From: an uncultured Peptostreptococcaceae bacterium
GTDB taxonomy: Bacteria; Bacillota; Clostridia; Peptostreptococcales; Peptostreptococcaceae
Length of the DNA: 64,000 bases
Direction: 5' to 3'
NCBI GenBank assembly: GCA_944383455.1
Contig: CALWPP010000003.1
Coordinates: 51,652-115,651, forward strand
Position numbers and translations under genes: made by a program. Below are positions 29,734 through 39,051 of the stretch, piece after piece; position 1 is the first letter of the stretch, and every line of letters begins with the position of its first letter. The notes under the pieces were generated by a model. It had not been told where the DNA came from and made no database searches. It saw only the letters and a list, made by a program, of their open reading frames with translations.

Positions 29734-30915
29734 TTATTTTTTGAAAATTTTCTTGGTATTAGTTTTTGTTTTATTAATATCAACTAATTTACCCTCTTTT
29801 AATTCTTTTTGAGTCATTTTTATATTAAATTCTTTTTGATATTTTTTTATAGTTGATAAATTTTGGTTTGTTATTATTGATATTGCAAATCCTTTTTTGT
29901 TTTCTCCTCTTGAAGCTCTACCACATCTATGTATGTATTCATTTTGACTATTTGGAAAATCTAGGTTAAATATATGACTAACTTCAACTATATCAAGACC
30001 ACGAGAAGATAAATCTGAAGAAACTAAAATATTATTCTTACCACTTCTAAAACTTTCTATTGATTTTTGTCTATCTTCTTTTTTCATATTTCCAAAAATA
30101 GAACAAGCTTTATAGTTGTGATAATTAAGTTTTTCTCTTATTATATCTATACTATCTTCATCATTTACAAAAACTATACAGCGATTAGGCTTTGTTGATG
30201 CTATAGCTTTTCTTAGGTTTATAAATTTATCCCTTCTATCGCAGTGTATATAATAATGCGTTATATTAGAATTAATTTTAGCTTCATTATTTAATTTTAT
30301 AACTTCAAAATCCTTCATTATATCAGAACATAAAGAAATGATTTCATCATTTATACTAGCAGAAAAGCCAAGAACTTGTCTTTCTCTTAAAGTTGATTTA
30401 ACTATGTCTTTTACATTTTGAGTATTATTTTTAGTAAGTAAGCTATCTATTTCATCTAAAATTATAGTTTTTACAGTATGAACTTTTAATTTTCTTTGTT
30501 TAATTAAATCTAAAACTCTACCACAAGTACCAACAACTATATGAGGTTTAATATTTTTGATATTTTTTATTTGTTTATTTATATTAACTTCGCCAATTAA
30601 AGCTAACGAAGTTACATTTTCATTTGAAAAAGATACTAATTTTTTAATTTCGTTATTTATTTGCATAACTAATTCGTGAGTTGGTGCAAGTATTATAACT
30701 TGTGTTTCTCTCTTTTCTTTATTTATTTTTTCAAAGCTAGGTATTAAAAAAGATAAAGTTTTTCCACTTCCAGTTTGTGAATTAACTATTAAATCTTTAT
30801 TTTCAAGTATTTTAGGAATAGCTATTTGTTGGACTTTAGTTGGTACTTTTATATTTTGATTATAAAGTCCAGTTATTATTTCCTTTTTTATATTTAATTC
30901 ATTAAAACTTTTCAT
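29734..30915 (-). CDS. DEAD-box ATP-dependent RNA helicase
   Basis: Q-motif region, 'SQTGSGKT', 'DEID' (a DEAD variant), 'SAS' and 'HRCGRASRG'. Confidence 0.9.
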   Translation of the reverse strand: MKSFNELNIKKEIITGLYNQNIKVPTKVQQIAIPKILENKDLIVNSQTGSGKTLSFLIPSFEKINKEKRETQVIILAPTHELVMQINNEIKKLVSFSNENVTSLALIGEVNINKQIKNIKNIKPHIVVGTCGRVLDLIKQRKLKVHTVKTIILDEIDSLLTKNNTQNVKDIVKSTLRERQVLGFSASINDEIISLCSDIMKDFEVIKLNNEAKINSNITHYYIHCDRRDKFINLRKAIASTKPNRCIVFVNDEDSIDIIREKLNYHNYKACSIFGNMKKEDRQKSIESFRSGKNNILVSSDLSSRGLDIVEVSHIFNLDFPNSQNEYIHRCGRASRGENKKGFAISIITNQNLSTIKKYQKEFNIKMTQKELKEGKLVDINKTKTNTKKIFKK

Positions 30916-31072
30916 TATTTTCTCCTTTAATAATAGTTCGATTTTTATTATATACTTTTTAATTAAATATTTATAGAGTAAAAATTAATTTAAAAATAAA
31001 TAAAATAGTTTTAGTGACTAAAAATAGTTTTTATGTTAGAATAATTACATAAAATCTACTTTATATAGTAGG

Positions 31073-31108
31073 ACTTGTTCGAGAACCTCCAAGTATAAAA
31101 AACTAAGG
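31073..31108 (+). promoter_or_regulatory. preQ1-I riboswitch aptamer
   Basis: ACUUG-UUCGAGAACCUC-CAAGU-AUAAAAAACUAAGG: a 5-bp P1, a 12-nt loop starting UUC.AG and the invariant A-rich tail. It aligns position for position with the Bacillus queC aptamer AGAGGUUCUAGCUACACCCUCUAUAAAAAACUAAGG. Confidence 0.85.
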
Positions 31109-31197
31109 TATTTATAGTGGCAGTATAAAAACTTAGAAAGCAAAGTTTTACTTTAGGTTCTCCTTATTTAATTTTTAATTTTAAGGAGGTTTTTTTG

Positions 31198-31758
31198 ATG
31201 AAAAAAACAAAGAATATTTCTACAAAAGAAATAACAATAATGGCAATGGCTATATCATTAAATTCAATAGGTGCTTATATTTCAATGAACTTAAAATTCC
31301 CACTTTTAATGGATTCTATTGGAACTATTTTAATAGCTATATTACTTGGTCCAAAACAAGCTGTTATAACAGGACTTTTAGGTTGTGTAGTAAATGGGCT
31401 TACGTTTGATGAATTAGCTATAGCGTTTTCACCAGCACAAATAACTACTGGATATATTTGTGGTATTATGAATCAAAAAGGATATCTAAAGGGGTCTAAA
31501 ACTATTTTAGGAGTGCTTGCATACTCACTGCCTACTGCAATAATAAGTGCTTTAATTGCAGCTAAAATATTTGGTGGTGTAACTACAGCTGGTTCATCAT
31601 TTATTGTTCAAATATTAAATACTATGGGTGTGCCTATGTTTTTTTCTGTTTTTGTAATCCAAATAATAACTGAGTACATTGATAAATTTGTTGGACTTAT
31701 CATTGCATCAAAAATAATATCAGTTATTCCAAATGATATAAAACAAAAGATTTGCTAG
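31198..31758 (+). CDS. ECF-type S-component-like membrane protein (predicted queuosine-precursor / queuine uptake)
   Basis: Small protein (about 186 aa) with 5-6 TM helices directly downstream of the preQ1 riboswitch. AAGGAGG RBS. Clear paralog of 52100..52654 (shared 'D(S/T)(I/V)GTIL..LGP' and 'FGG..T.G'). Confidence 0.65.
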   Translation: MKKTKNISTKEITIMAMAISLNSIGAYISMNLKFPLLMDSIGTILIAILLGPKQAVITGLLGCVVNGLTFDELAIAFSPAQITTGYICGIMNQKGYLKGSKTILGVLAYSLPTAIISALIAAKIFGGVTTAGSSFIVQILNTMGVPMFFSVFVIQIITEYIDKFVGLIIASKIISVIPNDIKQKIC

Positions 31759-32460
31759 ATGGAGAATTGTATGGAAAGATATAGTGAAATAACTAATAAA
31801 AATAAAAGAGAGATAGTACTATTAAAAAGTTTTCCTTGTAAGTGGGGAAAATGTAGTTTTTGCGATTATATACTTGATAATTCAAACTCTGAAGAAGAGA
31901 TTAATAAAATAAATTTTGAAGTTTTAGAAAATATAACAGGTAAATTCAAAGTTTTAGAGGTTATAAACTCTGGAAGTTGTTTTGAAATTCCAATTAAAAC
32001 ACTAGAAAAAATAAAAGAAATTATAAATGAGAAAAAAATCGAGAAATTATTCTTAGAAAGTCATTGGGCATACAAAAATAGATTAGATGAAATGAGAGAA
32101 TTTTTTGGAATAGAAATAATTTTTAAATCTGGAGTAGAAACTTTTGATAATGATTTTAGAAATAAATTTTTAAATAAAAATGCAAATTTTAAAGACTATA
32201 AAGAATTTAAGAATTATTTTGATTCTCCTTGTATAATGGTTGGTATAAAAGGTCAGACAAAAGAAATGATAGATAATGACATTGATATTATACTTAATAA
32301 TTTTAATCACGCAACAGTAAATGTTTTTGTCAATAATTCATCTGAAATCAAAAGAGATAACGAGTTAGTTAGTTGGTTTGTAGAAAAATATAAATTTTTA
32401 GACAATATAGACCATATAGAAGTCTTATATAATAATACTGATTTTGGAGTTGGTGATTAA
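31759..32460 (+). CDS. Possible radical-SAM-type enzyme with a CX4CX2C motif (possible queuine lyase-type salvage enzyme)
   Basis: N-terminal Cys triad 'FPCKWGKCSFCDY'. About 230 aa. ATG directly abuts the stop of the transporter gene, so it falls under the same riboswitch. Confidence 0.55.
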   Translation: MENCMERYSEITNKNKREIVLLKSFPCKWGKCSFCDYILDNSNSEEEINKINFEVLENITGKFKVLEVINSGSCFEIPIKTLEKIKEIINEKKIEKLFLESHWAYKNRLDEMREFFGIEIIFKSGVETFDNDFRNKFLNKNANFKDYKEFKNYFDSPCIMVGIKGQTKEMIDNDIDIILNNFNHATVNVFVNNSSEIKRDNELVSWFVEKYKFLDNIDHIEVLYNNTDFGVGD

Positions 32461-32491
32461 AAGCTTTGCAAGAAATTGCAAAGCTTTTTTA

Positions 32492-33697
32492 TTAGCTTAA
32501 TATATTTATAAAAAATATTATTATTGGCATAGAAAAAATATCTAGTAAAAATGCAGCAACTAATGGAACTATTAAAAATGCATTTTCAGAATATCCATAT
32601 TTTTTACAAAGAGTATTCATATTAGCAATAGCAACTGGAGTAGCACCAAGCCCATGTCCGATAAGACCTGCAACCATAATTGATGCATCAAAATCTTTAC
32701 CAAGTACTTTAAATACAAAAAATATACTAAAAAATATTATGAATATTCCTTGGAAAAATACTATTATAACAATTGGTACAAATAAATCTGATAATTTAAA
32801 TAAGTCTATACTCATAAGTGCCATAGTCAAAAATATACCTAAAAATATCTCACCAAAAAAGTCAATTAAATTAAAATCAAGCTTCATAAAATAAAACCTA
32901 TCATTTATATTTCTAAATAAAAATGCAACTAATATACAACCTGTCATACTAGGTATTAAAATATTTGTTATATCTGTAAATATGTACGAAACTAATTTTC
33001 CAAATGAAACACATAAAAGTAGTACTAACATTTGTTCAAGCAAAAAATATAGTGATAAGTTGTTAGACCTTAAAAACATATTATTTGAATATGATAAGTT
33101 AAAACTTTCATTTTTATGTAACGGTTTTAATTTATACTTATTTATTAAGTATTTACCAACATTTCCACCAAGTATTCCAGCAAGAATAAGACCAAAAGTT
33201 GATGCAGTAATTCCAGTACTGACTGCATTTTCAATTCCTAAAGATTCTATTGTAATTCCAAATGCAGCTGATGATCCGTGTCCTCCTTCCATAGAAATAG
33301 AACCACACATAATTGATAAAAGTGGGTCTATATTCACTATTTTTGATAAAAATACTGCCAAAACATTTTGAGAAAAAGCAAGTACTCCACATACTAACCA
33401 GTATTTAATAAGTAATTTTCCACCTTTTTTAATTAATGATACACTAATCGATAATCCTAATGTTGCAAAAAATAGTAAGATTAAATAATCCATTAAATAT
33501 GTATTCATAGTAATTTTTAAGATACCTAATAATCTTAAAAAAAATGTAACTATTGAAAAAACTAGTCCACCTATAACTGGCGAGGGTATACATAACTTAT
33601 CAAGAACTTTAAGTTTTGACTTTAAAAAGTTACCAAATATAAAAAGTATTATTGATAAAATAAGTGTTGTAAAAATATCAAAATGTATCTCAATCAA
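32492..33697 (-). CDS. gltS: Sodium/glutamate symporter
   Basis: 401 aa. 'IPSPVIGGLVF', 'GGHGSSAAFG' and 'GHGLGATPVAIANMNTL' align with E. coli GltS. Confidence 0.9.
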   Translation of the reverse strand: MIEIHFDIFTTLILSIILFIFGNFLKSKLKVLDKLCIPSPVIGGLVFSIVTFFLRLLGILKITMNTYLMDYLILLFFATLGLSISVSLIKKGGKLLIKYWLVCGVLAFSQNVLAVFLSKIVNIDPLLSIMCGSISMEGGHGSSAAFGITIESLGIENAVSTGITASTFGLILAGILGGNVGKYLINKYKLKPLHKNESFNLSYSNNMFLRSNNLSLYFLLEQMLVLLLCVSFGKLVSYIFTDITNILIPSMTGCILVAFLFRNINDRFYFMKLDFNLIDFFGEIFLGIFLTMALMSIDLFKLSDLFVPIVIIVFFQGIFIIFFSIFFVFKVLGKDFDASIMVAGLIGHGLGATPVAIANMNTLCKKYGYSENAFLIVPLVAAFLLDIFSMPIIIFFINILS

Positions 33698-33835
33698 AAA
33701 AACACCTCCTAAACATTTATTAAAATATATTAGTACTAAATTATAAAAATTCTTTTTAGTTAAATTATTTAGGGTTTTTTTATTTTAAATATTTTGATAA
33801 TATAGAAGTATTATTTTTATTAATTAAAAGGATGT

Positions 33836-34663
33836 TTGAAAATGAAATTAAATTCTAACTTAAAAGTAGGCAAAAATTATAAAGAAACCAGTATTATAGA
33901 TGTTAATAGTATAAAAATAGGTGGTAAAAAGTTAACTATTATAGCAGGTCCTTGTTCTGTTGAATCAAAGGAACAAATAAATGATATTTCTAAAAATGTA
34001 AAAAGAAGTGGAGCAAGTATTTTAAGAGGAGGAGCTTTTAAGCCAAGAACTTCACCATATAGTTTCCAAGGGCTTGAGCTTGAAGGATTAAACCTTTTAA
34101 AAGAAGCTAAAAAAAATACAAATTTACCAATTGTAAGTGAGATAATGTCTGTATCTATGATTGAAAAATTTATTGAAGATGTTGATATTATTCAAGTAGG
34201 TGCGAGAAATATGCAAAATTTTGACCTATTAAAAGAACTTGGAAAAACTAAAAAACCAATTTTATTAAAAAGAGGTTTTAGTGCAACTATCGAAGAATTT
34301 TTAAATTCTGCTGAGTATATTATGAGTGGTGGAAATGAAAATATTATTTTATGTGAAAGAGGTATAAGAACTTTTGAACCATTTACAAGAAATACTTTAG
34401 ATATAAGTTCTATACCAATAATAAAAAAATTATCTCATCTTCCAATTATAGTCGACCCAAGTCATGCTAGTGGGATTAGTTCTTTAGTTGAACCATTATC
34501 TCTTGCTAGTATTTCTGCGGGAGCTGATGGGCTTATAATCGAAGTACATAACGACCCAAAAAATGCACTTTGTGATGGGGAGCAATCTTTAAATATTAAT
34601 GAGTTTGACGAATTAGTAAAGAAAGTTAAACTAGTTGCAAATGCAGTTAATCGTGAGGTTTAA
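33836..34663 (+). CDS. 3-deoxy-7-phosphoheptulonate (DAHP) synthase, type I-beta
   Basis: 'IIAGPCSVES', 'LRGGAFKPRTSPYSFQG', 'VGARNMQNF' and 'DPSHASG' motifs. Start is TTG 33836 or ATG 33842. Confidence 0.9.
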   Translation: MKMKLNSNLKVGKNYKETSIIDVNSIKIGGKKLTIIAGPCSVESKEQINDISKNVKRSGASILRGGAFKPRTSPYSFQGLELEGLNLLKEAKKNTNLPIVSEIMSVSMIEKFIEDVDIIQVGARNMQNFDLLKELGKTKKPILLKRGFSATIEEFLNSAEYIMSGGNENIILCERGIRTFEPFTRNTLDISSIPIIKKLSHLPIIVDPSHASGISSLVEPLSLASISAGADGLIIEVHNDPKNALCDGEQSLNINEFDELVKKVKLVANAVNREV

Positions 34664-34664
34664 A

Positions 34665-34937
34665 ATGATAGACTATTATAGAAAGAAAATAGATGAAATA
34701 GATAAAGAAATAATAAAACTTTATGAAAAACGACTAAGTATTTCTACTAAAATAGGTGATTATAAAAAACAAAATAATATCCCTATATTAAATAAGAATA
34801 GAGAAGAAGAAATTATTAAAAAAAACTTAGATTTAATATATAATGAAGATAATAAAGAATATATAAAACGCTTTTTAAACTTTATAATGAGTGAAAGCAA
34901 AAAATATCAAAAAAATATAAATTTTAAGGAGGATTAA
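34665..34937 (+). CDS. Chorismate mutase (AroQ class), stand-alone
   Basis: 'YRKKIDEIDKEIIKLYEKRLSISTKIGDYKK' is typical of the CM_2 helix 1. ATG lies 1 nt after the DAHP synthase stop. Confidence 0.8.
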   Translation: MIDYYRKKIDEIDKEIIKLYEKRLSISTKIGDYKKQNNIPILNKNREEEIIKKNLDLIYNEDNKEYIKRFLNFIMSESKKYQKNINFKED

Positions 34938-34938
34938 G

Positions 34939-35430
34939 ATGAAAAGAAAAGACTACATATCTTGGGACGAATATTTTATGGGGATATCACTTTTATCTGG
35001 AATGCGAAGTAAAGACCCATCAACTACAGTTGGTGCTTGTATTGTTGATAAAAATAACAGAATAGTTTCTATTGGATATAATGGCTTTGTTAATGGTTGT
35101 AGTGATGATGATTTTCCTTGGGGTAGAGAAGGAGAATTCTTAGAAACAAAATATCCATTTGTTGTTCATGCAGAGCAAAATGCTATATTAAATGCAAGAG
35201 GTAAGTCTCTTGAGGATTGTACTATATATGTTAATTTATTTCCTTGTCATGATTGTGCAAAAAATATAATCCAGTCTGGTATAAAAAAAGTAATATATAT
35301 TGAAGATAAATATAAAGATACAGATTCTATTAAAGCTTCTAAAATGATGTTTGAAAAATCTGGAGTTGTTTATTCAAAACTTAAAACAAAAACTGATACC
35401 ATAACTATAAAATTCAAGGTTGGTGATTAA
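34939..35430 (+). CDS. comEB: dCMP deaminase (ComEB-type)
   Basis: Zinc motifs 'HAEQNA' and 'PCHDCAK'. N-terminal 'SWDEYFMGISLLSGMRSKDPSTTVGA'. Confidence 0.92.
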   Translation: MKRKDYISWDEYFMGISLLSGMRSKDPSTTVGACIVDKNNRIVSIGYNGFVNGCSDDDFPWGREGEFLETKYPFVVHAEQNAILNARGKSLEDCTIYVNLFPCHDCAKNIIQSGIKKVIYIEDKYKDTDSIKASKMMFEKSGVVYSKLKTKTDTITIKFKVGD

Positions 35431-35935
35431 AATTAGTAAAAAAATTAGTAAAAAAATAGCCCTTGGTGGAGTTTTTTCTGCAATTATTTTTGTCTTTACA
35501 GCATATCTTTTTATTCCAGCAGGAAATAGTGGCTATATGCATCTAGGAGACAGTTTTATTTATCTTTGTGCATCAATTCTACCAAAGCCTTTATCTATAG
35601 TAACATCTGTAATAGGAGCGTCTCTTGCAGATTTTATGACAGGAAATGCTATTTGGATTATACCTACAGTAGTTATAAAATCTATACTAGTATTATTTTT
35701 TATAGATAGTGAAAAAATTCTAACAAAAAGAAATATAATAGCATCTATTATATCTGGAGTTGTTGGAACTGTACTTTATATGATAGCAGGTGGATTTATA
35801 TATGGTTTTGAAGGTGCTTTTTTAGTAACTTTAGTAACATTATTCCAACCAATAGGAAGTTTCATACTGTATATATTAATCGGTTATTACTTAGATAAAA
35901 TAGATTTTATAAAAAAATATAATATTTTAAAATAA
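35420..35935 (+). CDS. Small polytopic membrane protein (ECF S-component-like)
   Basis: 171 aa with about 5 TM helices and 'GYMHLGDSFIYL'. The TTG start overlaps the comEB stop by 11 nt. Confidence 0.55.
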   Translation: MVIKISKKISKKIALGGVFSAIIFVFTAYLFIPAGNSGYMHLGDSFIYLCASILPKPLSIVTSVIGASLADFMTGNAIWIIPTVVIKSILVLFFIDSEKILTKRNIIASIISGVVGTVLYMIAGGFIYGFEGAFLVTLVTLFQPIGSFILYILIGYYLDKIDFIKKYNILK

Positions 35936-35997
35936 AAGAGGAAATAAGACCAAAATATATAACTATAACTTAGTACAAAAAATCTAGGGGTGGTTAT

Positions 35998-36864
35998 GTG
36001 ATTTTTGATATAAATGGAGCATTAGTTGAATTTGATGAAAATAAAGATAACTATAATAAAGTTAGGAAAGATTTTAAATTTTTAGCTAAAAGTCTTGAAG
36101 ATAAATTTTGTGAAAATCTTTTTGATACTACATTAAATATAAACATACTATCTAAAAATTCTATAGATTTATACAATAAATATATAGATATATGTGTAAG
36201 AAAAGGTGTTGAAACTCTGATTGATTTTAAGTTAATAAGTATTGATAAAAATACATTTAAAGAACAATACTGTCTAAAATATTTAAATTTTGAGCGATTT
36301 TTAAATAATAAAGTCAAACAAGCTATTCCAAAAGGTAAAAAAAACAAATACTTAACTTATAAATCTTTAAACTCTTTAGTTGTTGAGTTTTCTAAGTATT
36401 TGTATGATGATTGTTTTAACGTTCATAAAGCAGTTATTGATTCTCTTTTATCAAATGGAGTAAAAAATATATCAAGTCCAATAAGTTGTGATGATATAAA
36501 TCTTTCTAATGCACTTTTTAATAATTATAAAGATGGTTTTATTCACAAAATAGACGAAGTAAAAGTAGTTTCTCAAATAATATCAACTAATCCATATAGA
36601 ATAGATGTATATGAATACTTAATTAAAGAAGATGGAGACTTTAATAAAGAAATAGAAAAATTAGTAAATTATTTAGGATATGATGTAAAAGAATATAAAG
36701 AAAACTTAATGGATATATATATAAAAAATATAATAGAACAAGATAATTGTGATGTTGAATTTGATAAGGAAAAAGTAGAAAAATACGCAAAATACATAGG
36801 TTGTGATAATGAAAGTATATATACTACTAGAATAGAGGCTATATATACTTTCCAAAATGTATAA
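35998..36864 (+). CDS. Hypothetical protein, no recognisable motif (island gene A)
   Basis: 288-aa ORF with a GTG start after GGGGTGG and its own terminator. Lys/Asn/Asp-rich and soluble. Confidence 0.5.
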   Translation: MIFDINGALVEFDENKDNYNKVRKDFKFLAKSLEDKFCENLFDTTLNINILSKNSIDLYNKYIDICVRKGVETLIDFKLISIDKNTFKEQYCLKYLNFERFLNNKVKQAIPKGKKNKYLTYKSLNSLVVEFSKYLYDDCFNVHKAVIDSLLSNGVKNISSPISCDDINLSNALFNNYKDGFIHKIDEVKVVSQIISTNPYRIDVYEYLIKEDGDFNKEIEKLVNYLGYDVKEYKENLMDIYIKNIIEQDNCDVEFDKEKVEKYAKYIGCDNESIYTTRIEAIYTFQNV

Positions 36865-36869
36865 TTTTT

Positions 36870-36889
36870 AGGGCTTATGCCCTTTTTTA
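36870..36889 (+). terminator. Short hairpin terminator after island gene A
   Basis: AGGGC-TTAT-GCCCT followed by TTTTT. Confidence 0.55.
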
Positions 36890-36949
36890 TTGACTAAAAT
36901 TAGATAAAAATATAGTATAAAATATATATTATTTTTAGGAGATGATATT

Positions 36950-37888
36950 TTGGATTATAAAATAATTATAGATGAGCTTTTTAATGAAATTATGCAAACA
37001 GAAAGAATTTCTTTAATTAAAGAAGGTACTTTAAAAGGAGTTCCTGAGAAAAGGTCTTTATATGTAGTTGATGAAAATGCTAAAGAGAGATTTTTAGGTA
37101 TTATTCCATACGAAATGAAAACTAATACTAATAAAACTATAATAATAGATGAAGATGATGTTGTTGAAATTTTAAATAAGATTGAAAGTGAATACACATT
37201 TGAAAATCTAAAAGAAATTTTTGATAAGTACAAAGAAGAAGAAAATAATAGAAAAGAAATGTCTGAAGTAAATTTACAATACTTAAAAGAAATTCAAAAG
37301 TATGTTATTGATGAAACCAATGGAGGTAAAATACCCGAATTAAAAAGGCATCCAAGAGAGTATTATTATTACATAGATGTTAAGTTTAATGATGGTGATT
37401 TAGTTAGAATTCATGCTGTTAATGAAAAAACATTTGATACAAGTACTTTTAATAACTATATGGAAATAAAAGAAAGGCTTGAAGTATCAAAAGCAGAACT
37501 TACATTCTTATTAAACCAAAAAATCAAGATTCATTTTGACCTTCAAAAAAAAGGTAAAATTAGGGATATTGATAATGCTTATGCTAAGGAAATGAGAGAT
37601 GTTAGAAACTCAAGAATAAAAGTTATTAGTGATTATATATTTAATGGTAAAATATCTGTAATTTTAAAAATAACTGATGGTTATCAATGTATAATAGATA
37701 ACAAAAGATTTAGTATTGGAGATAATAAATCAGATAAATCGTTTGAAATAACTAGTCAGCGTCAAATAGAAACTTATATAAAAATGATGGATGTTAAGTT
37801 TTATTATGTATTACAAAATGAAGATAAAGAAAGGATAAATGATTTTACTGATGAAGAGTTAAAAGAATTAAAATTTTTATTTATATAA
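36950..37888 (+). CDS. Hypothetical protein, no recognisable motif (island gene B)
   Basis: 312-aa ORF with a TTG start 7 nt after AGGAGA. Preceded by a TTGACT-17-TAGTAT promoter-like sequence. Soluble and highly charged. Confidence 0.5.
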   Translation: MDYKIIIDELFNEIMQTERISLIKEGTLKGVPEKRSLYVVDENAKERFLGIIPYEMKTNTNKTIIIDEDDVVEILNKIESEYTFENLKEIFDKYKEEENNRKEMSEVNLQYLKEIQKYVIDETNGGKIPELKRHPREYYYYIDVKFNDGDLVRIHAVNEKTFDTSTFNNYMEIKERLEVSKAELTFLLNQKIKIHFDLQKKGKIRDIDNAYAKEMRDVRNSRIKVISDYIFNGKISVILKITDGYQCIIDNKRFSIGDNKSDKSFEITSQRQIETYIKMMDVKFYYVLQNEDKERINDFTDEELKELKFLFI

Positions 37889-38013
37889 GGGAGGTTTACT
37901 TCCTTATTTTTATTTTGCAAATTGTAAGTAATTAAATTACTTCAATATTTATACAAAAATAGATATTTTTGTAGTATTATAAAATAAAGTATATAAAAAA
38001 GGGGGTAGATATA

Positions 38014-39039
38014 TTGAACATAATAGATTTATTTATTGAGTTTTGTTGTTTTAGTGAAGATAAAAATGAGATTCTTATAAAATTTTTAAACCTCGATAAT
38101 AAAAAATATATTAAAAAAAATATAAACAATCTCATAAGACCTAAGTTATTACAACTAAAAAAGAACAATTTTTCAAATATAAAAAAAGATAAAAATAATA
38201 AATTTAAAAATTTTTCTGACTTAATATATGAAATTTCAGATAATTCCTTAGAAAAATACAATTATATAGGTAATGAACTTGAATTTTTAAAATGTAAAAA
38301 TACTAACTTAAATCTTGAGAAATTATGTGTATTGTATAAATATTATCCAAATGAAGCTATTAGTAACGTGGACTTAATATATAAAAATTTTAAAAATAAT
38401 AAATATATTTTTGATAAAATAAAAGGCTTTGAAGAATCAAACATTGAAATAGGAATTATTATAGACAAAAACAAATTAAATAAGTTAAATTCAAAAATAG
38501 ATTTATTAACTATAGAAAATAAATCACTAGAAATGAAAAATAGGGATAGTTTAAAAGAAATAAATAAAATCTTAAAATTTAACTTGAAACTTGAAAAAGA
38601 GAAAAAAATCTTAAAAGATGAAAATAAGACTTTAGAAAATTATAATTTAAAATTACAAGATAAAATCAAAACTTTAGAAGAAAAGATAAAGTATTATGAA
38701 GAATATTATAAAGATTCTATCATAATTGATAAATCTTTTGGTCAAAGTGAAAACTTTAAGTTTTGTATGATACATACTTTAAAAATTAAAGTTTTACAAA
38801 AAATTCATAGCGATATTAAATTTGTTGAATATAAAGATATTAATAATAATGAAATAGAAAAATTTATATTAAATTTAAAAAATAGCAATATAGAAAATAT
38901 TTTTATACAAAGCAATAATATAAAACAATCAATTTTAAATGATATTATATTTAAGTCAAAAAAACAAAATTTAAAATGTTTTAGAATATTTTTTAATAAC
39001 GAAAAAGAATTAAACGAAAAATTATGTGAGTTGAAATAA
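38014..39039 (+). CDS. Coiled-coil protein, first gene of the McrBC-like operon (island gene C)
   Basis: 341 aa with a TTG start after GGGGG. The central ~85 aa are heptad-rich ('LEMKNRDSLKEINKILKFNLKLEKEKKILKDENKTLENYNLKLQDKIKTLEEKIKYYEEYY'). The C-terminal ~100 aa show an alternating strand/helix pattern. Confidence 0.6.
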   Translation: MNIIDLFIEFCCFSEDKNEILIKFLNLDNKKYIKKNINNLIRPKLLQLKKNNFSNIKKDKNNKFKNFSDLIYEISDNSLEKYNYIGNELEFLKCKNTNLNLEKLCVLYKYYPNEAISNVDLIYKNFKNNKYIFDKIKGFEESNIEIGIIIDKNKLNKLNSKIDLLTIENKSLEMKNRDSLKEINKILKFNLKLEKEKKILKDENKTLENYNLKLQDKIKTLEEKIKYYEEYYKDSIIIDKSFGQSENFKFCMIHTLKIKVLQKIHSDIKFVEYKDINNNEIEKFILNLKNSNIENIFIQSNNIKQSILNDIIFKSKKQNLKCFRIFFNNEKELNEKLCELK

Positions 39040-39051
39040 ATGGAGGGTATA

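Noticed and set aside
29734-30915. The DEID variant of the DEAD box in the RNA helicase as a sign of inactivation.
   Set aside because: All other helicase motifs (Q, I, III, VI) are intact, and DExD variants are common in active family members.
31131-31150. A second A-rich tract (GCAGUAUAAAAACUUAG) as a tandem preQ1 aptamer.
   Set aside because: No complementary 5' arm exists to form a P1 stem in front of it, and the tail deviates from AAAAAACUAAGG. It is more likely part of the expression platform.
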